Source: Candidatus Nomurabacteria bacterium
GTDB lineage: Bacteria; Patescibacteriota; Saccharimonadia; Saccharimonadales; VXPC01
Length of the DNA stretch: 64,000 nucleotides
Assembly (NCBI GenBank): GCA_020631905.1
Contig: JACKGQ010000001.1
Span: 690,165-754,164 of the forward strand
Direction: 5' to 3'
The notes beneath the pieces were generated by a model. It did no database searches. It had not been told where the DNA came from and saw nothing but the letters and a program-made list of their open reading frames with translations. Position 1 is the first letter of the stretch, and the number at the start of each line of letters is the position of its first letter. Below, piece by piece: positions 38,157 through 46,171 of the stretch. The translations under genes and the position numbers were made by a program.

Positions 38157-39935
38157 TTAGGCAACGATACCAAATTTGTTTAACGCCTGCTTACGCTGTT
38201 CGGCACTTTTTGCGCTTTGAACTGCCAACAATTGAGCGTAGATGCCTTTGGTTTTTGCCAGCTTTGTTGGACTCCCGATCTCGTCTACCTGGCCATTCTT
38301 AAGGGTAACGATTACATCGACATTTTGGATGGTGCTCAGACGGTGTGCGATGATAATAGTTGTCCGGGCATGCATTAAATTCTCGAGCGCCTCATGGACT
38401 AATAGTTCACTTTTACTGTCTAGGCTACTCGTTGCCTCGTCGAGTATTAAGATTGGGGCGTCTTTTAAGATAGCTCGGGCAATTGCAATCCGTTGCTTTT
38501 GACCACCACTCAACTTCAGCCCTCTTTCACCAATCAAAGATTCGTAGCCGTCATCGAAGCTGTTAATAAAATCATCTGCGTTGGCAGCTTTGGCGGCAGC
38601 GATAATCTGCTGCTTAGTGGCGGCTGGTTTGCCGTAAGCTATGTTCTCGGCGATGGAACCAGAAAATAAGTTGGGTTCCTGAAACACAACGCCAATATTT
38701 TTACGTAAGCTATGTTGCTTGACACCGGCGATGTCTTGGCCATCTACCGCAATGTTACCCTGACTCGGCTGATATAGCCTCAGAAGCAAGTTGGCGATTG
38801 TCGACTTACCCTCGCCGCTCTCACCCACTAAAGCGATCTTGCTGCCTGGTTCGATCGAAAAGTTTAAGCCCTTGATAACTGGTTTTTTATCGTAAGCAAA
38901 GTGTACATCTCTGAACTCCACTTTGCCTTTAGCCACACGCAAGTTTTTTGCAGCTGGCACGTCTTCGATGGCTGGTACGGTATCGAGTGCCATAAAGTAA
39001 TCTTTACTATCTGCAACAGCTCTCTGGATATTCTCGACCAAAAAGCTAATTGTGAATACTGGCATACGGATCATCAGTGTTAACTGAAAAATCATAATTG
39101 TATCGGCTAGACTTAAACTGCCAGTTTTGGCCTGCCAAAACAGCAATAAGTAAACTATCCCAAAAATCACATTTAAGACAAGTTTGCGACGAAAATCCAT
39201 CGTGTGCCACAGCCGACTCTGGGGCTTGGTGAGTTTAAGTGTTTGTTTAAGATGTTTGCTAAAAAAGTTAAGCTCCGATTGCTCCCGCACAAAACTCTTT
39301 ACAGCCTTTACTTGTGAAATAGATTCTTGGAATCGGCCAAAAGCAATATCTTGGTTCTGGTTGATACCATCTTGATACTCAATCCATTTGCCGCTCGATC
39401 GAACAGTTAACCAGATAAAAATTGGGTATAGGCTAAAAAGGAGCAGAGCTATCAGCGGGCTAAAATAGGCCACAATTGCCAAACTAAAAACCGTCGTCAG
39501 TATAAAAGACGCAAAGTTGTTGCCCATCATCTTAACGAACTCAGTAATCTGAACTACGGAACGCGTCAGGCGAGCGGTAATTTTACCCGATAACTCTGTA
39601 TCAAAATAACTCTGGGGCAATTGTAAGATGTGTTCGTAATAACGGTTACTCAAAAATATTTTTAGTTTTACCGATAAAACATCGCCATGATACTGCATGA
39701 AATTTACCAAGACATTGCTAACGACATCTTGGGCAAACAGTAGTCCGACGATAATTAAAATTGCCTTATCACTAGCAGCTGCGCTACCAACATTTTGAAG
39801 CTCAGCGACTAGCTGTCGAATCAGAATCGGCTGGAGCTGAACCAGTAGCGAAACAACTGCCGTAAAAATAAACAGCAGTAAATAATATGGCCACAGGTGT
39901 TTTGTGAACCTAATAATTTTTAAGAGTGGCTTCAC
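38157..39935 (-). CDS. ABC transporter, fused permease/ATPase (MsbA/exporter type)
   Basis: Six-TM N-terminal domain. Walker A GESGEGKST, signature LSGGQKQR and Walker B ILILDEATS. Confidence 0.88.
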   Translation of the reverse strand: MKPLLKIIRFTKHLWPYYLLLFIFTAVVSLLVQLQPILIRQLVAELQNVGSAAASDKAILIIVGLLFAQDVVSNVLVNFMQYHGDVLSVKLKIFLSNRYYEHILQLPQSYFDTELSGKITARLTRSVVQITEFVKMMGNNFASFILTTVFSLAIVAYFSPLIALLLFSLYPIFIWLTVRSSGKWIEYQDGINQNQDIAFGRFQESISQVKAVKSFVREQSELNFFSKHLKQTLKLTKPQSRLWHTMDFRRKLVLNVIFGIVYLLLFWQAKTGSLSLADTIMIFQLTLMIRMPVFTISFLVENIQRAVADSKDYFMALDTVPAIEDVPAAKNLRVAKGKVEFRDVHFAYDKKPVIKGLNFSIEPGSKIALVGESGEGKSTIANLLLRLYQPSQGNIAVDGQDIAGVKQHSLRKNIGVVFQEPNLFSGSIAENIAYGKPAATKQQIIAAAKAANADDFINSFDDGYESLIGERGLKLSGGQKQRIAIARAILKDAPILILDEATSSLDSKSELLVHEALENLMHARTTIIIAHRLSTIQNVDVIVTLKNGQVDEIGSPTKLAKTKGIYAQLLAVQSAKSAEQRKQALNKFGIVA

Positions 39936-40570
39936 TATTCTTCGCTAGATTCAGATTTATCGGTTGTAGATTCGGTGGTTTCGGCATCTGCAGGAGCTTC
40001 TTCTTCGGTCTCTTCAACGACACGAGGTGTTTCGACTTTTACGATACTTGCTTCTGGATCGGCCATCAATACCACGCCTTCTGGCAAGACGATATCTTTG
40101 GTGTGTACGCTGTCGCCGTCCTCGGTAAGACCAGATATGTCGACATCAAGGTGTTCGGGGATACTAAGCGCACCGGCCTCTACTTCTAGCGTATCCAAGA
40201 TCTGCAACACAAGTAGGCCTTTGCTGGCAGCTGGAGCGTCACCAACAAGCACTAGTGGCACATTAGCATGTACTTTTTCACCTTTTTTAACTTCTTGGAA
40301 TGTAACATGCTCGACAGTGTTTTTGGCTGGAACAAATTTAACTTCTGTTACTAAAACTGTATGATCGCTATCGCCAGCTTTAATTAAAACAGGCTGTGTA
40401 TAGCCAACTTTTTGTAAAACCTTAAGCAGGTGATTGTACTCTGTTTGAATAGCCACCGACTCTTTGCCATGACTAACAATATTGGCAGGTACCAGCCCAG
40501 CTCTCCGCAAAGCTTTATTTTTTTTGCCAGCCGCCTGGCGAATTTCGACTGCAAGTTCAACAGCTTTCAC
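39935..40570 (-). CDS. rplY: 50S ribosomal protein L25/general stress protein Ctc with an acidic C-terminal tail
   Basis: bL25 N-terminal domain (RRAGLVPANIV) and Ctc-type beta domain. GTG start with AAGAGG RBS. Confidence 0.88.
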   Translation of the reverse strand: MKAVELAVEIRQAAGKKNKALRRAGLVPANIVSHGKESVAIQTEYNHLLKVLQKVGYTQPVLIKAGDSDHTVLVTEVKFVPAKNTVEHVTFQEVKKGEKVHANVPLVLVGDAPAASKGLLVLQILDTLEVEAGALSIPEHLDVDISGLTEDGDSVHTKDIVLPEGVVLMADPEASIVKVETPRVVEETEEEAPADAETTESTTDKSESSEE

Positions 40571-40613
40571 TCTAATTAACCTCTTATCTGATTATTGTCT
40601 AAAATAGGCTGGT

Positions 40614-40642
40614 AGTATACCAGATAACACCTCTAAGGACAA
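40614..40642 (-). promoter_or_regulatory. Putative rplY promoter (-35 TTGTCC, 17-nt spacer, -10 TATACT)
   Basis: Read on the minus strand about 45-75 nt upstream of the rplY start. Embedded in a palindromic leader. Confidence 0.5.
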
Positions 40643-40941
40643 GCCGAAATCACTATGGAACCCGGGCGTCTTTACCCGGGTTCTGGAAAGCGTTCCCTAG
40701 AGGTGTCCACCTCATCACTTCCGTAACTTAATTATACTCCCGATTGCAAGCCATGCCGTGATAAACAGCATAGCCATTTTATAATGATTGAGTTATTCCA
40801 CAAAAACCACTAAAACTTAATGAATTTTGGGGAATCGGTGTTGGAAACCGATACTAAAAGTGGCTCAATTGTGAGGGAGCTTTGGTAGCTCAACCTCAAA
40901 CAAGAACTCTACTTTTAGGAAGATTCATCCCCTTCACCTAC

Positions 40942-41091
40942 CTACATGTACCTCAGGTCCTTGGGACGCTGATTATGCGCCTCCATTGATCGGACGTAAG
41001 CACCGTAGGCCTTCTGGACGTCAGGGTGACTGCGATCACCACCACACTTCTGGAGTGCGCGCTTGACCGCCTCTTCCTGGTTTCCTGCCAT
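40942..41091 (-). CDS. Candidate small protein (49 aa, MAGNQEEAVKRALQKCGGDRSHPDVQKAYGAYVRSMEAHNQRPKDLRYM), GC-rich, strong RBS
   Basis: Below the ORF-track size cutoff. Found by reverse-complementing by hand. AAGGAGGTGA lies 5 nt upstream of ATG. TAG stop. About 58% GC against a 42-46% background. Confidence 0.4.
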   Translation of the reverse strand: MAGNQEEAVKRALQKCGGDRSHPDVQKAYGAYVRSMEAHNQRPKDLRYM

Positions 41092-41246
41092 TTTGCTCAC
41101 CTCCTTTCAAGAGGCTCGAGAAGTGCAGCTGGTTGCTGCATCTGGGGAAATGAATAAGAATCTTTGCCTAGAGAGCTGGCACCCGGTGCCAGTGATTGCC
41201 CGCTCGGGGCGCCAGCTCTACTAGGCTGTACGGCCGAAGCCATACG

Positions 41247-41417
41247 AGCCGCCGGGAGGAATCGAACCTCCGACTATCGGTCGATGTGTCCGCACGTGAT
41301 GCGGTATGAATTTCCGGCCTTCCGTCTGCTAGCCTCCGTGGACAAGCAGACATACTGCAGGAGTCCTAAGGTAACTACAACGATCGACCGAAACTCTACC
41401 GACTGAGTTACGACGGC
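41247..41417 (-). tRNA. tRNA-like gene whose anticodon arm is replaced by a ~100-nt structured insertion closed by a 9-bp helix; isotype unresolved
   Basis: Minus strand reads GCCGTCG-TA-ACTC-AGTCGGTA-GAGT-T-TCGGT...[insertion]...ACCGA-TAGTC-GGAGG-TTCGATT-CCTCC-CGGCGGC-T. The acceptor stem is 7 bp with one G-U. D-arm, variable loop and T-arm are canonical. CCA is not encoded. Confidence 0.5.
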
Positions 41418-41426
41418 GAGTATCAC

Positions 41427-41462
41427 GTGGTTGTGCCCGAGTGAACACCCGGGCACAACCAC
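41427..41462. repeat. 13-bp perfect inverted repeat (GTGGTTGTGCCCG...CGGGCACAACCAC) with a 10-nt loop, 10 nt upstream of the tRNA-like gene
   Basis: Verified by reverse complement. GC-rich stem with no U-run. Confidence 0.7.
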
Positions 41463-41574
41463 TTCGGGGCAGGCGCAAACCTTGCGAACGCAGAGCTGTG
41501 AAGGCGGTTAAACCTACTCTGTGAACTTGAATGAGGTCTGCATACGGGCGGAATCCGTTGCCATTGCACCCTAG

Positions 41575-41649
41575 CAGTCTCGACGGGATTTGAACCCGTG
41601 ACCTCTGGCGTGTGATGCCAGCGTGAACTCCAGACTTCACCACGAGACT
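41575..41649 (-). tRNA. tRNA-Val (anticodon CAC)
   Basis: Hand-folded cloverleaf: acceptor AGTCTCG/CGAGACT, D-stem GTGA/TCAC, anticodon stem CTGGC/GCCAG, loop AUCACAC, T-arm ACGGG-TTCAAAT-CCCGT, discriminator G. CCA not encoded. Confidence 0.8.
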
Positions 41650-41651
41650 GG

Positions 41652-41727
41652 TGGTCGAGGTGGGTATCGATCCCACATACCTCCAGCTTTTCAGGCTGGT
41701 ACTCTGAACCTCCTGAGCTACTCGACC
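41652..41727 (-). tRNA. tRNA-Phe (anticodon GAA)
   Basis: Acceptor GGTCGAG/CTCGACC, D-stem GCTC/GAGT, anticodon stem CCAGC/GCTGG, loop CUGAAAA, T-arm GTGGG-ATCGATA-CCCAC (A54), discriminator A. CC follows, and the terminal A is nt 1 of tRNA-Val. Confidence 0.75.
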
Positions 41728-41973
41728 GGGTGGAGTCTTACCGAACAACGCATGCATGCGGGTGTAACACCACAAGCCTGTACGGCGTCTCCGCCAGACA
41801 GTTGCGCCTTTCGGCAGTACTCCAATGGCGGTTACCCGCCACATTCAACTGGTACCACAAAGTGGGCCCAGCCGGAACATTTCCCAGTTCCTAACGTTTG
41901 ATTCGGTCTCCAGCTGTCTGGAATAACCGTATCGGCACGCTAACCTCCCCCACCGGTTTCTACGGCGAGGTAG
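41728..41973 (-). ncRNA. Unassigned GC-rich structured segment between tRNA-Phe and tRNA-Glu (candidate ncRNA or processed spacer)
   Basis: 246 nt with several short GC hairpins (GGCGGGTAACCGCC, GGCGGAGACGCC). No ORF with an RBS. No match recognised by eye to RNase P, SRP or tmRNA consensus motifs. Confidence 0.25.
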
Positions 41974-42047
41974 CACCCCTGACAGGATTCGAACCTGTGC
42001 TTACGCCTTGAGAGGGCGCTGTTTTAGACCAACTAAACTACAGGAGC
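41974..42047 (-). tRNA. tRNA-Glu (anticodon CUC)
   Basis: Acceptor GCTCCTG/CAGGGGT with two G-U pairs. D-stem GTTT/AAAC, anticodon stem GCGCC/GGCGT, loop CUCUCAA, T-arm ACAGG-TTCGAAT-CCTGT, discriminator G. Confidence 0.7.
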
Positions 42048-42108
42048 ATTGCTTGAGAGAACTGCGAAGCTAAACAACACATGTTGTATAGCTACAGCAA
42101 CCCCTCTG

Positions 42109-42181
42109 TCGGGCGACCCCGTTTCGATCGGGGGACCTTGCGAGTTGTACTCGCATGCTCTGCCGGCTGAGCTACCGCCCG
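42109..42181 (-). tRNA. tRNA with atypical anticodon ACA (nominally Cys-decoding); isotype uncertain
   Basis: Acceptor CGGGCGG/TCGCCCG (C1-G72), D-arm TA-GCTC-AGCCGGCA-GAGC, anticodon stem TGCGA/TCGCA, loop GUACAAC, T-arm CCCCG-ATCGAAA-CGGGG (A54), discriminator A. Confidence 0.55.
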
Positions 42182-42508
42182 GTAAGGCTTGCCGATTCTG
42201 CTAGTGAGCTATTCCGCACTCCAACGTGCACTACGATCTGCGCAGCACACCCTAGCTATCTTTACCGGCCAACCCGTTCATTTGGGGCGGCAACACCTTC
42301 CCCAAACTAATCCAAATCACTATGTGGTGATCTCGATTAGCCTGGAGAATGTTGGTATTAAAAAATTCTTATTCTTTAATTTTAATGAATCTTTTCTCGT
42401 CAAAAAAACGAGAAGTTTCCAACACCTTGTAAAAAAACACCTCACCAGGAGCAAAGGCTCCTCAACGAGGATGCCACTATTATACACTCACCAGGGGTTA
42501 AAATCAAG

Positions 42509-45052
42509 TTAGATTTGCCTAGCCTGATACTTTTGCGAGCCGACTTGAGCTATTGACTCGATCACATCTGTAACTTCTTGGGTCGTAAGTGTCTTGTCGA
42601 GTGAACTCAATCTAATTCTGAAACTCGTATTCTTTAAGCCTGCTTCTGGCTCAAAAATACTGACAGTAGACAGTGTATATTTATAACCTGTCTGCTCAAG
42701 TACTTCAACGACTGTCGACTGTAGATCGCCAAAACTAACACTGTTTGTAGTTTGTAAAGTGATGTCCTGAGCAGAACTTGGAAAGCGACTTAGCTCTGTG
42801 TAAGGACTCTTCGCTTGCCAATTGGCAAGCGCTTGGGTTTCGATCTCGAAGCCGGCACAAGCCCCTGGCAATCGAAAGGCACGTTCAACACCTGGCTTGA
42901 ACTCACCCACAATACCTAAGAAAGATCCATTTTTTATCGATATTAAACTCGACCGACTTAAATCGTATGGAGAAGTAATCGGAAAATCGGTTTCGGGAGG
43001 TACTGGTCGAAATTCTAGTTCGGCTCCAAAGGCATGCGCTAAGCGTCGCAAATACTCCTTTGCTTCGTAATATCCAGTGCCTGAACGTTGTTTCAATTTG
43101 CTGGCAAATACCAAGCCCGTAACTTCTATCTCGCCAGGCAATCCAGACTCGTCTAGTCCATGAACTTTATTATGGGTTTTCCCGACTTCGAACAGCGCGA
43201 ACTCCTCGTAGCCAGCCTTAATATTCTGATGCACGCTGTCGAGTAAACTTGGCATCAGGCTCTGGCGATAAAAATGCAAGTCTGGGCTAATCGCATTGCT
43301 TATAGCATAAGAATCTTCTGGTTTCTGGCCGGCCTTCTCGAGCAAACTCCGGTGGACAAAGCTATAGGTTAGTAGCTCGTTAGCACCGATAGTCGCCAAA
43401 CTTGAGCGAATCTTGGCTTTTGTTTTAAAAAGCTGGTTGACTTCGACTGGTTTGGTCGAGCGTTTTGGCAAACACAGGGCTAAATTATCGTAGCCATAGA
43501 GCCGACCAACTTCTTCGACAATGTCTTCTTTGATCTCGATATCGGTGCGCCAAAAGGGGGCGGTCACCGACAGCTCATCGGCCTCGGCTTCAACCACAAA
43601 TTCCACATTAGTTAAGAGTTGTTGAATTTCGGTGGCTGATAAGCTTGAGCCAAGTCGACTGTTTAAAAACTCCGAACTTATGCTGACTGGTTTGTTTGTA
43701 GCTAAATTGGATTTAACATCGTACCATTTGTCGTACGACATACCGCTTGAACTGCAAACCACCTCTCCCGCCGCTATCGAGGCGCAGGCCAATGTTTGCC
43801 AAGGGCTCTGACCTTTGTTGAAGCGACTAGCGGCATCACTGAATAGTCCGTAGTGCATGCTTGTTCGACGGATCGAGTACATATCAAAGTTTGCCGCCTC
43901 GAGAACCACTTTTGTAGTGGAGTTGTCGACTTCGGTATCGGCACCACCCATAACTCCACCAACACCTACGATTTCTTGGTCGGTCGCAATTACAATCGCT
44001 GGCTGATTAAACTCAATCGTTTTGCCATTGAGCAATTTAAGCTGCTCGCCACTCTGGCTAAGCCGAGCAACCAATGTTGGCGTACCAGAACTTCGAGCAG
44101 CTAACTTGGCATAATCATAGGCGTGGAGTGGTTGGCCATAGGCGTGCATAATGTAGTTTGTAATATCGACGATGTTATTGATCGGTCGATAGCCGGCTTT
44201 AGTAAGATTTATTTGTACATCGAGTGAAGATGGCCGAACCTCGACATCTTCAACTATTAATGCCGAAAAACGACTCACCAAATCTGTTTCGATTCTTACT
44301 ACCAGCTGTTCATCGGCAGTTATTGTCTGGCTAAACTCGGTTTGGTACCATTTAGGGCTTGTAAATTGTTTGCCAAATATTCCGGCCACTTCGCGAGCTA
44401 CACCCAGCTCGCCAAAACAATCAGGACGGTGCGTGAACATTTTGTTCTCGATCTCGATCACGTAATCGTTTAGATCGAAGACTTCGGCAAAACTATCGCC
44501 CGGTTTATATTTTTCGGTACGTCTAAAATTGGCTAAGGCCTCTACGTGAGGTACTTCGTTGGCTGGTTTGATAGCTTCGAGCCTGGTTGACTCGGGTAGC
44601 TCGACAATGCCATTATGATCATCGCCAATCGCCAACTCTTTAAGGCTAGCTAGCATGCCGTTACTGATAACCCCACGAATTTCACGAGACTCTAAAACAA
44701 ATGGTTCATCATCGGCAAAACTGGCCGGGACAGTTGCGCCAGGCTGTAGCCAAACTGCCCACATATCGGCATGAACATTTGGTGCTCCACAAACCACTTG
44801 AATGTAGCCATTTTCGTCTCGCTTTAGATCGGGGTTTTTGCCACCATCATCTACCGTGCATATACTAAGTTTATCGGCATCTGGGTGTTTTTCGCAGGTA
44901 ATAACTTTTACAATTAGAGCCCCTTTATATTTGGCACCCCAGTCCTCGACTGCCTCGACCTCACCCAAGCGCGAGCCAATACGTGCCACCATTTCTTCGA
45001 CACTTACATCTAGTCCTGTTAGGCGTTTGATTTCGTTATAACTTACCCTCAT
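42509..45052 (-). CDS. pheT: Phenylalanine--tRNA ligase beta subunit
   Basis: Start placed at MRVSYNEIKRLTG, the conserved PheT N-terminus, giving a 4-nt overlap with pheS. tRNA-binding, B3/4, B5 and FDX-ACB domains by length and pattern. The ORF track extends 33 codons further upstream. Confidence 0.9.
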   Translation of the reverse strand: MRVSYNEIKRLTGLDVSVEEMVARIGSRLGEVEAVEDWGAKYKGALIVKVITCEKHPDADKLSICTVDDGGKNPDLKRDENGYIQVVCGAPNVHADMWAVWLQPGATVPASFADDEPFVLESREIRGVISNGMLASLKELAIGDDHNGIVELPESTRLEAIKPANEVPHVEALANFRRTEKYKPGDSFAEVFDLNDYVIEIENKMFTHRPDCFGELGVAREVAGIFGKQFTSPKWYQTEFSQTITADEQLVVRIETDLVSRFSALIVEDVEVRPSSLDVQINLTKAGYRPINNIVDITNYIMHAYGQPLHAYDYAKLAARSSGTPTLVARLSQSGEQLKLLNGKTIEFNQPAIVIATDQEIVGVGGVMGGADTEVDNSTTKVVLEAANFDMYSIRRTSMHYGLFSDAASRFNKGQSPWQTLACASIAAGEVVCSSSGMSYDKWYDVKSNLATNKPVSISSEFLNSRLGSSLSATEIQQLLTNVEFVVEAEADELSVTAPFWRTDIEIKEDIVEEVGRLYGYDNLALCLPKRSTKPVEVNQLFKTKAKIRSSLATIGANELLTYSFVHRSLLEKAGQKPEDSYAISNAISPDLHFYRQSLMPSLLDSVHQNIKAGYEEFALFEVGKTHNKVHGLDESGLPGEIEVTGLVFASKLKQRSGTGYYEAKEYLRRLAHAFGAELEFRPVPPETDFPITSPYDLSRSSLISIKNGSFLGIVGEFKPGVERAFRLPGACAGFEIETQALANWQAKSPYTELSRFPSSAQDITLQTTNSVSFGDLQSTVVEVLEQTGYKYTLSTVSIFEPEAGLKNTSFRIRLSSLDKTLTTQEVTDVIESIAQVGSQKYQARQI

Positions 45053-46101
45053 GCGAACTGCCTCAAGAAATCTAGCTTGCCGCTCTGGAAATGGCGGATA
45101 TCTTCGATACCGTGCTTGATCATTACCATTCTCATAAAACCTATTCCCCATGCAAAACCAGTATATTTTTCGGGGTCGATACCTGCTTCGCTAAGCACAT
45201 TCGGATGAATCATGCCGCAACCAAGTAGTTCAATCCAGCCTTCACCACAGACTTTACAGCCCTGCTTGTCGCAGAATGGGCAAGAAATAGCAAACTCAAA
45301 CGATGGTTCGGTAAACGGAAAATAAAATGGCTGGGTTTTGATCTCGATCTCTTTCTGGTAGTACTCTTGCATAAACTCTTTGAGAGTCGCAATCAAGTGT
45401 GCAGTGGTTACACCCTCGGCTACATAAACTCCTTCGATCTGGTAGAAGGTGTGCTCGTGGCGAGCATCGAGATCTTCGTTACGAAAAACTCGGCCGGGCA
45501 CTACCACGGCAATTGGCTCACCGGCTTCTAACTGTGCCTTGCGAGCTTTAAGGACTCGATTCTGCATGTTACTGGTATGGGCTGGCGCCACAAGCGGTCG
45601 ACCATTTTTATCGACTTCGTCCAAAATAAAGGTGTCGTATTCGTCGCGAGCTGGGTGACCATCCGGGAAATTCAGGCTATCGAACATATAATATTGGTTA
45701 TCTAACTGGCGCGACTCAACCGAAGTAAAGCCCATTCGGTAAAAAATATCGAGCATTTCATCTTGTGCCTGCATAATCGGGTGTTGGCTCCCCAAGCGAC
45801 TATCGACTAAGGTTGGAGAATCATTTTCGCCGACGCTAAACGGAGCGGTTACATCGATCGGTTCCTTCTTCGGAGCGTCTTGCTCGGCTTGCCAATTGTC
45901 GACTTGTGCCTGGATTTCATTTTTTAGACGATTTAGCTCGGCCCCAAACTTACCACGCTCTTCTGGAGCACGATCTTTTATAGCTTTAAGCAGCTCACCT
46001 AATCGTCTATCTTTTAAGATGACTGTTTTATCTAGGCTAGACTCAAAATCTGCTTGCAGAGCAGTAGCCAGTTCGGCGATTTCAGAAAACTCATATTCCA
46101 T
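45049..46101 (-). CDS. pheS: Phenylalanine--tRNA ligase alpha subunit
   Basis: Class II motifs 2 and 3 (FRNEDLDARHEHTFYQIEG, GFAWGIGFMRMVMIKHGIEDIR). Length 350 aa. Confidence 0.93.
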   Translation of the reverse strand: MEYEFSEIAELATALQADFESSLDKTVILKDRRLGELLKAIKDRAPEERGKFGAELNRLKNEIQAQVDNWQAEQDAPKKEPIDVTAPFSVGENDSPTLVDSRLGSQHPIMQAQDEMLDIFYRMGFTSVESRQLDNQYYMFDSLNFPDGHPARDEYDTFILDEVDKNGRPLVAPAHTSNMQNRVLKARKAQLEAGEPIAVVVPGRVFRNEDLDARHEHTFYQIEGVYVAEGVTTAHLIATLKEFMQEYYQKEIEIKTQPFYFPFTEPSFEFAISCPFCDKQGCKVCGEGWIELLGCGMIHPNVLSEAGIDPEKYTGFAWGIGFMRMVMIKHGIEDIRHFQSGKLDFLRQFA

Positions 46102-46171
46102 TCGAGAATATTATAAGCATTTATAGGTGTAAGCTCAAGAAATGCAGATTATTTTTCGCGATCGACGATAA

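Noticed and set aside
41247-41417. Group I self-splicing intron in a tRNA anticodon loop
   Set aside because: The insertion is only ~100 nt, well below the smallest known group I introns (~200 nt). The flanking sequence cannot form a legal anticodon loop with U33. The feature is kept as an unresolved tRNA-like element instead.
41164-41901. Five overlapping ORFs (60-171 aa) on both strands in the ORF track
   Set aside because: They coincide exactly with tRNA genes and GC-rich structured RNA, have no RBS and overlap each other. They are artefacts of high GC and absent stop codons.
42189-42512. 107-aa plus-strand ORF downstream of pheT
   Set aside because: It begins inside the tRNA(ACA) gene, has no RBS and has low-complexity translation. 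The region is more likely a 3' UTR/terminator (weak hairpin GGAGC-AAAG-GCTCC) for pheT.
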